Source: an uncultured Verrucomicrobiae bacterium
GTDB lineage: Bacteria > Verrucomicrobiota > Verrucomicrobiia > Chthoniobacterales > JAATET01
Direction: 5' to 3'
NCBI GenBank assembly: GCA_963719495.1
Contig: CAVRCI010000013.1
Coordinates: 384,001-448,000, forward strand
Length of the DNA: 64,000 nt
Of this stretch, positions 57,746-64,000 are shown one piece after another. The notes beneath the pieces were generated by a model, which was not told the DNA's origin, did no database searches, and saw only the letters and a program-made list of their open reading frames with translations. A program made the position numbers and the translations under genes. The number at the start of each line of letters is the position of its first letter. Positions within the stretch are counted from its first letter, which is position 1.

Positions 57746-58612
57746 GTGCCATTCTCCCGCTTCGCCCAAGGCTTCGAAACCCGCACCGGCGATCGGTTCG
57801 ACTGGGGGGAATGGGTGCCGACGGGTGAGCCCGGGGCGATCGTGGTCGCGATGCACGGACTCGGCAGCCGATTGGAACACTTTGCGCCGCTTGGGGAGCG
57901 ATTGGAGGCGGTCGGAGTGGTCACGGCAGCCTGGAATCTGCGCGGTCAGGGTCTCGACCCGGTGGAGCGTCGGCGTGGAGCCAGCCTCGAAGTCGATCAG
58001 CTTCTGCGGGATCTGGATGATTTTTTAACGATCATTCGAGACGCGCATCCGGGGATTCCGATCTTCCTCGCGGGCGACAGCATGGGGGCTCAATTGGCGA
58101 TCCTGGCGGCGACGACGCGGGGCGAGTGGCTTGCCGGGACGTTGCTTTACGTCCCCGTCGTGGCGCTTCGGCAGCGGACCCCGGAATGGGTTCGTGCGTT
58201 GCTGGGAGGGGTCGGAGCGATCCTGCCCTGGCTGCGGCTCAGTCCGAAGTGGTTCGTCGATCGCGGACCGGAAACCATCCCGCTCACGAGGGTTCCCGAG
58301 CGGCAGCGGGAACTCGACGAAGCGCCCTATCGATTGCGGCAATTCTCGCTGAGGTTTCTGAGTGACATGGGCGAACTCATCGCCCGGACTGAGAAGGCGG
58401 GGCCCCGGATCGGGATTCCGGTAGCCGTCTTCTCGGTCGGTGTGGATCTCTTCATCAGCAGTGAACAGTCGGCAGCGTTCGTGGCGGATTTGGCTACGCA
58501 TTTGGCCACGCACTTCCATTACCCGGAGGCCTACCACGACCTCCTGCACGATCCCGATCGGGCGCAGGTGATCGATGACACGGTCGGATGGCTGGAGGCG
58601 CGGCTCGCGTAA
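57746..58612 (+). CDS. Alpha/beta hydrolase (lysophospholipase-like)
   Basis: MHGLG, LRGQG, GDSMG nucleophile, AYHDL. Confidence 0.88.
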   Translation: MPFSRFAQGFETRTGDRFDWGEWVPTGEPGAIVVAMHGLGSRLEHFAPLGERLEAVGVVTAAWNLRGQGLDPVERRRGASLEVDQLLRDLDDFLTIIRDAHPGIPIFLAGDSMGAQLAILAATTRGEWLAGTLLYVPVVALRQRTPEWVRALLGGVGAILPWLRLSPKWFVDRGPETIPLTRVPERQRELDEAPYRLRQFSLRFLSDMGELIARTEKAGPRIGIPVAVFSVGVDLFISSEQSAAFVADLATHLATHFHYPEAYHDLLHDPDRAQVIDDTVGWLEARLA

Positions 58613-59076
58613 GCGAGCTCATCGTCCAATGTTGTCAATCCGAGCGAAGCGAAGAGCCATCGGCTGCCTTTCATATCAATTCTAGAAAAAATCTGGCTTC
58701 TCACGCGAAGCCGCGTGGGCGCTAAGAATAAGATGGATGCGGGCCCCCGTCGCGTCTTCGCGCGAGTCTAAGCCTTGAAACGCGAATGGACAGGATCCAC
58801 AGGATTTTAAGGATTGAAATGCAGTCACTTCCAGAAAATTGCCCATTCTCTCAGTGAGTGAGGGATTCGATAGGCCCCACCCCCTCTTCATCATCCTGTT
58901 AATCTCGTAAATTCTGTCTCAATTTCCTTTTCAATCTAAGTATTTACTGGAGCCGGTTTCACCGCATTCTGGCGATAGGTAAGGTGAAAAAGTGTAAATT
59001 TGAGATTCTTCGCTTCACTCAGAATGACAAATGGGGGACACGCTTCGCGGCTTGGCCCACCGCGCCGCCAACGCCG

Positions 59077-60414
59077 CTACAGCAACAACGGAGCCGGCGC
59101 CCGATAGACCGATCGCCCGCGCACGAACGTCTCGGCAACCGTCGCCGCCGACCCGCGATACACGAGCAGCGTGATGATTTCCTCGGCGGAAAGATCCGCG
59201 TGCGAATTCCCCCGCCGTCCGTAGGGCAACGCCTGGGTCAGATCCAGGACGACGAGGTCGGCTTCCTTGCCGATTTCGATCGAGCCAATTTCGTCGGCCT
59301 TTCCCAGAGCCGAGGCTCCGCCGAGCGTGGCCAAATAAAACAACTCCGCTTCCGTCGGCACCCGCGTTCCCTCCTCGAAAAACGAACGCGCCTTCTGCCC
59401 TTCGATGGACGTACGCATCACCTGCCAGAGATTCAGCTCCGGCCCTCCGGCGACGTCGCTACCGAGTCCAACCCGCGCGCCGGCGTCGAGGAACTTGCCC
59501 AGCGGCATGATGCCGCTGTTGAGGAAGAAATTCGAAGTTGGGCAATGCGCGATCACGGACCGTGAACGCACGAGAATTGCGAGCTCATCGTCGGAAACGT
59601 GGATGCAATGGCCGAACACCGAACGTTCGCCGAGCAGGCCGCACCGCTCGTAGACGCCCGTGTAGTGGGGGTCTTCGGGGAATTTCCCGCGCACGACCGC
59701 AATCTCGCCGTGGTTTTCGGAGAGGTGGGTCTGAACGTAGGCGGTGTATTTTTCCGCCAGCCGACCGGCCGCAATCATCATATCACTCGTGCACGTGACG
59801 GCGAAGCGGGGGCTGAACGCGTATCCCAACCGCCCCTCGTCGTGGCCGTGCCACTTGCGGCAAAGGCGTTCGCTTTGCTGAAGCGACAACGGGAGGATTT
59901 GGTCGGCGGGAAGGTTCCCGTAGCTGCCATCGTCCATCATGACCTTGCCCAGGATCACGCGCAGACCGCTGGCGGCGGCGGCTTCGAAAGCGGCGTCGCA
60001 GCTTTCCTCGTAAATCGTCGCGTAGAGCATCGCGGTGGTCGTTCCGTGGCGCGCAAGGGCATCGAAGAACAACGGCGCCTCGTCGCGCGCGGTCGCGGCG
60101 TTGAATTCCCGCTCGAGCGGGAAGACGTGGCGCCGCAACCAGGGAAGAAGCGCGGACTCGACCCGGGCGACGGCGGGAAACTGCGGGAGGTGCGCGTGGA
60201 CGTCGATCAAGCCCGGGATGATGACGGCTTCGGGCGATTGCGAAAATTGCAGGCCCTCCGCTTCGGGCGCGCGCCGCACGTCGGCGTAGGGTCCGGCCCG
60301 CGCGATGCGACCGTCTTCGATGATGACCGCACCGTCACGCACACCCCGAATCGACCCCGGCGTCGGGGCATCGATCAGGTAACCGCGCAGGCCTTTGAGA
60401 GGATTTTTCGTCAT
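59077..60414 (-). CDS. guaD: Guanine deaminase
   Basis: PGLIDVHAHLPQ, PRFAVTC, QTHLSEN, HCPTSN..L.SG, GSDVAGG motifs. Confidence 0.93.
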   Translation of the reverse strand: MTKNPLKGLRGYLIDAPTPGSIRGVRDGAVIIEDGRIARAGPYADVRRAPEAEGLQFSQSPEAVIIPGLIDVHAHLPQFPAVARVESALLPWLRRHVFPLEREFNAATARDEAPLFFDALARHGTTTAMLYATIYEESCDAAFEAAAASGLRVILGKVMMDDGSYGNLPADQILPLSLQQSERLCRKWHGHDEGRLGYAFSPRFAVTCTSDMMIAAGRLAEKYTAYVQTHLSENHGEIAVVRGKFPEDPHYTGVYERCGLLGERSVFGHCIHVSDDELAILVRSRSVIAHCPTSNFFLNSGIMPLGKFLDAGARVGLGSDVAGGPELNLWQVMRTSIEGQKARSFFEEGTRVPTEAELFYLATLGGASALGKADEIGSIEIGKEADLVVLDLTQALPYGRRGNSHADLSAEEIITLLVYRGSAATVAETFVRGRSVYRAPAPLLL

Positions 60415-60420
60415 GGGTGC

Positions 60421-61719
60421 TCAGCTCCGCGGCGGAGCGGTGATGGGCAGGACGACGCGGAAGTTCGATCCGGCCCCCGGAGTGCTTCGCACGCTCACGT
60501 GGCCACCGTGTGCCATGACGACGTTCTTGACAATGGAAAGCCCGAGCCCCGTGCCACCCGCGTCCCGGGACCGATCCTTGTGCACGCGGTAGAACCTTTC
60601 GAAAACGTGGGGCTGGTCCTCGTAGGGAATGCCCGGGCCGTCGTCCGCGAAGTTGATTTCAATCTCGCCGCCACGTCGCCGCGTCCAGACCCGCAATTCC
60701 CCTTCTTCCCGCGCGCCGTATTGCAGCGCGTTCGCGAGCAGATTGACGAAGACCTGCTCGATCCGCTTCGCGTCGACTTCGGCGATCTCCGCGTCGGGAT
60801 CGAACCGGATGTCGATGGTCATCTTCCTTTCGCGGATCCGCTCTTCGTGCTGATCGATCACGCGCCCGAGGATCTCGCGCAGACTGGTGGCCTGGCGTTC
60901 CATCTCGACGGCCCGGTTTTCCATTCGCGAAATGGTCAGAAGATCATCGATGAGAAAATTCAGCCGCGCCGCGTGTTTCTGCATCACCGCCAGCGACCGC
61001 TCCGCCATCGCCCGGTCGTCGAGCGCACCGTCGAGCAGCGTCTCGACGTAGCCGTGAATGATCGCCAAAGGCGTGCGGAATTCGTGCGATACGTTGGCCA
61101 CGAATTCCCGCCGCACCGCCTCGAGGGTTCGCACCTCCGTTACGTCGTTGAAGACGACCAACGCTCCGACCGGATGCGAGCCGCCGGATGGCAGCAGCGG
61201 GGCGACGTTGACGCGAAAATGCCGCTCCGGGTGTCCGGCCCCGGCCCGTGGCGGCGTCTGAAACTCCAGAATCAACGGCCGGCACTCGGCGATGGACCGC
61301 TCCACTCCGGTGAGCAGGCCGTGCTCGCGAAAGACCTCGATCACCGTCCGGTTGATCGGCGACTGCGTCAGGTCGAACATCGAAAACAGCGCGTCGTTCG
61401 CAAGCCGGATGCGCAGGCCCGGATCGACGATCAGAATCCCCTCCACCATGCTGGAGAGGATCGAGCGCAGCGAAAAAACTTCGTCCGCGAGTTGCCGCCG
61501 TTGCTCCCGGACCTGTTCGGACACGAGGCCGAGGTCGCGCGAGATGTCCCGGAAGACCGGCCGGGCCGAACGAATGATCGGAACGTTCGTCTCCTGCGCC
61601 CGCACCGCCGCCAGGGCCGCCCGCACGTCGCCGACGGGCCGCACCCACGCCCGCCACACCCACGCGGCTCCGATCACCAGCGCTCCGAGCGCCAGTCCCC
61701 AAGCGAACCAGGCCATCAA
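60421..61719 (-). CDS. PhoR-like PAS sensor histidine kinase
   Basis: REFVANVSHEFRTPL, N box, FERFYRV, GGTGLGLSIV motifs. Confidence 0.9.
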   Translation of the reverse strand: MMAWFAWGLALGALVIGAAWVWRAWVRPVGDVRAALAAVRAQETNVPIIRSARPVFRDISRDLGLVSEQVREQRRQLADEVFSLRSILSSMVEGILIVDPGLRIRLANDALFSMFDLTQSPINRTVIEVFREHGLLTGVERSIAECRPLILEFQTPPRAGAGHPERHFRVNVAPLLPSGGSHPVGALVVFNDVTEVRTLEAVRREFVANVSHEFRTPLAIIHGYVETLLDGALDDRAMAERSLAVMQKHAARLNFLIDDLLTISRMENRAVEMERQATSLREILGRVIDQHEERIRERKMTIDIRFDPDAEIAEVDAKRIEQVFVNLLANALQYGAREEGELRVWTRRRGGEIEINFADDGPGIPYEDQPHVFERFYRVHKDRSRDAGGTGLGLSIVKNVVMAHGGHVSVRSTPGAGSNFRVVLPITAPPRS

Positions 61720-62402
61720 GTGTCCGCGACGCAGAAGCGATAGCCCTCGCCGCGCACGGTCGCGAGCCGGGCCGCGGCGTCACCGAGTTTCTCGCGCAAT
61801 CGCCGCACGTGTGTATCGACCGTGCGGGTATCGATCGCGTTCTGGTAGCCCCAGACGTCGTAGAGCAGCGTCTCGCGGGATTGCGTCTTCCCGCGCCGGT
61901 CGATGAGCAGCGTGAGGAGCTTGAATTCCGTCGTCGTCAGGTCGAGCCGCTCCCCCGCGAGCCGAATCTCGAAGGCGCTTCGGTCCACCAAAAAATCCCC
62001 CACTTCCACCTGCTCGGATTTACCGGAAGCGTGGAGGCGCCGCAGGACGGCCTGCACGCGCAGCACGAGCTCCTTCGGGCTGAATGGTTTCGTCACGTAG
62101 TCGTCGACCCCCAGCTCCAGCCCCTGCACGCGCTGCTCGGTCTCGTGTTTGGCCGTCAGCATGATGACCGGGATCCCCGCCGTTTCGGGATCATCCTTCA
62201 GCGCGCGGCAGATTTTTTCCCCCGTCATTCCCGGCAGCATCAGATCGAGCAGGACGACATCCGGACGTTGCTCACGCGCCAGCCGCAGTCCTTCGATCCC
62301 GTCGAGAGCGATGAGGACCTTGAACCCCGCCCGGTTCAGATTATAGCGAAGCAGATCGACGACGTCCTGCTCATCTTCGACTACGAGGATCGTATCCGCC
62401 AT
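61716..62402 (-). CDS. PhoB/OmpR-family response regulator
   Basis: VVEDE, LDLMLP, DDYVTKPFSPKEL, RTVDTHVRRLREKL motifs. Confidence 0.93.
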   Translation of the reverse strand: MADTILVVEDEQDVVDLLRYNLNRAGFKVLIALDGIEGLRLAREQRPDVVLLDLMLPGMTGEKICRALKDDPETAGIPVIMLTAKHETEQRVQGLELGVDDYVTKPFSPKELVLRVQAVLRRLHASGKSEQVEVGDFLVDRSAFEIRLAGERLDLTTTEFKLLTLLIDRRGKTQSRETLLYDVWGYQNAIDTRTVDTHVRRLREKLGDAAARLATVRGEGYRFCVADT

Positions 62403-62686
62403 GGTTCGGTCCTTCTACCCGCTGACCCGAAGCGGCGCAAGCTCCGCAAAATGACGGTTTCGCCTCGAAAACCCCCAAGCGTAAAAATGATTCGGGCCAC
62501 GTCGCGGAAATCCAGAAAACAAAGAAAAACTGAACCGCGGTGGCCCGAATCGCTGCCTTAACCGAGATGATAGACCCGCTGGCGAGGGCGGTGTTCAAAA
62601 TATTTGCCGGATTTTGTGATTTTTTCGGATGGAGCGCTGGGGTAGATGAGCCGGGTTGAAAACCGTAACCCGCACCGTGAGCAAGC

Positions 62687-63688
62687 ATGTTTAAGAAAAT
62701 TGGGGTCATGACCTCCGGTGGCGACTCGCCCGGCATGAATCCCGCCGTCCGGGCCGTCGTCCGCACCGCCGCCTCGAAGGGCGTGAAGGTCGTCGGCATC
62801 CGCAATGGCTACGAGGGCCTCTACTCGGGCGACCTCGTCAGCCTCGACGACCGCTCGATGTCGGCCATCCTCGAGCGGGGCGGCACGATCCTACAGTCCA
62901 GCCGCTGCAAGCGCTTCTACACCCCCGAAGGCCGGGCGGAAGCTCTGGACAACGTGGGCTCCTACGGTCTCGGAGGACTCATCGTCATCGGCGGCGACGG
63001 ATCGCTCACCGGTGCCCGCGAGTTGTCCCGCATGGGACTTCCGACCATCGGCATTCCCGGCAGCATCGACAACGATCTCTACGGCACCGACATGAGCATC
63101 GGGGCGGACACGGCCGCCAACACGATCATGCAGAATGTCGACAAGATCAAAGACACGGCGCGTTCCCACCGGCGCTGCTTTCTGGTGGAAGTGATGGGCC
63201 GCAGCTCGGGCTACCTCGCGCTCACGACGGCCATCAGCGCGGGGGCCGAGGTCGCGGTCATTCCCGAGTTCCGCGTGAACGTCGAACGCATCCTCGACGT
63301 CCTCCACGGGCGCTACGAATCCAGCCGGGACAACAGCATCATCATCCTCGCGGAGGGCGTCTGCGAGGCTCACGAATTCGAGGCTCGTCTCCACGCGGCC
63401 ACCGGGGATCGCGAGATTCTGCAGGAGGTGCGCAAGACCGTCCTCGGCCACGTCCAGCGTGGCGGCGTCCCGACGCACTTCGACCGTCTCCTCGCCAGCC
63501 GCATGGGCGAACTGGCCGTCATCAGCCTGCTCCAGGGCGAGACCGGATCGATGGTCGCCCTGCAGAAGAGCCGTATGACCGTTGTCGATCTCGACACCGT
63601 GATCGGCCGCAAGAAGCACCCCGCCCCCGAGTTGATCCGCCTTGCCCGCCATCTTCAGATCGAATTCGGAGACGTCGTCGAGGCGTGA
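62687..63688 (+). CDS. pfkA: ATP-dependent 6-phosphofructokinase
   Basis: TSGGDSPGMN, GGDGS, SIDND, EVMGR, LGHVQRGG motifs. Confidence 0.95.
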   Translation: MFKKIGVMTSGGDSPGMNPAVRAVVRTAASKGVKVVGIRNGYEGLYSGDLVSLDDRSMSAILERGGTILQSSRCKRFYTPEGRAEALDNVGSYGLGGLIVIGGDGSLTGARELSRMGLPTIGIPGSIDNDLYGTDMSIGADTAANTIMQNVDKIKDTARSHRRCFLVEVMGRSSGYLALTTAISAGAEVAVIPEFRVNVERILDVLHGRYESSRDNSIIILAEGVCEAHEFEARLHAATGDREILQEVRKTVLGHVQRGGVPTHFDRLLASRMGELAVISLLQGETGSMVALQKSRMTVVDLDTVIGRKKHPAPELIRLARHLQIEFGDVVEA

Positions 63689-63710
63689 CGGCACCGGCCA
63701 TCACGGCGGC

Positions 63711-64000
63711 ATGACTCCGACCGATCCAAAGACCCACGGACTCCCGCATCGGGAACCCTTCGTTTTCGTCGACGAAATCACCACCGTTCAAGCGGGCGAG
63801 TCCGCGGCGGGGACGAAAACGTTCGGCCCCGGGACGGACTTCTTCCGCGGACACTTTCCGGGCGATCCCATCGTTCCCGGGGTGATCCTCACCGAGGCGC
63901 TCGCGCAGATCGCCGGCATCGCGGCGGGCGCGGCGGACCGTTCCGCGCGTTACCTGCTCTCGGGCGTGCGGGTGATGAAGTTCCCCGCGCCCGCCCGCCC
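63711..64000 (+). CDS. FabZ/FabA-like hot-dog dehydratase (truncated by the window end)
   Basis: Hand translation: LPHREPFVFVD, FFRGHFPGDPIVPGVILTEALAQ. Confidence 0.85.
   Translation, partial: MTPTDPKTHGLPHREPFVFVDEITTVQAGESAAGTKTFGPGTDFFRGHFPGDPIVPGVILTEALAQIAGIAAGAADRSARYLLSGVRVMKFPAPAR

Overview
High-GC bacterial chromosome segment. The gene content (PEP-CTERM protein, orphan prepilin-type proteins, miaA-hflX without hfq) points to a Verrucomicrobiota/PVC organism; this is an inference. Positions 1-48.8 kb and 57.1-64 kb are mostly housekeeping and origin-proximal genes: DEAD-box helicase, purF, purM, argA, dnaA, dnaN, secA, miaA, hflX, pqiA/pqiB-like MCE system, chdC, folB, manA, pyrE, parA, guaD, phoB/phoR-like pair and pfkA. 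Their intergenic spaces carry several REP-like and short-period repeat families. An accessory island at about 48.9-56.9 kb is the most unusual part. It holds an intact HUH/Y1 (RAYT-type) transposase between 21-bp inverted repeats, a second decayed copy, and three mini-elements with related GGGTCAG/CTGACCC ends. These alternate with cargo: two vapBC modules, a LamG PEP-CTERM protein, and an orphan tail-sheath protein carrying a signal peptide. Most of these ends abut a locally stuttered micro-repeat. A DnaA-box cluster at 56.9-57.1 kb, about 36 kb from dnaA, is a candidate oriC. No rRNA, tRNA or CRISPR array was recognised. All family calls come from motif recognition by eye; no database search was run.
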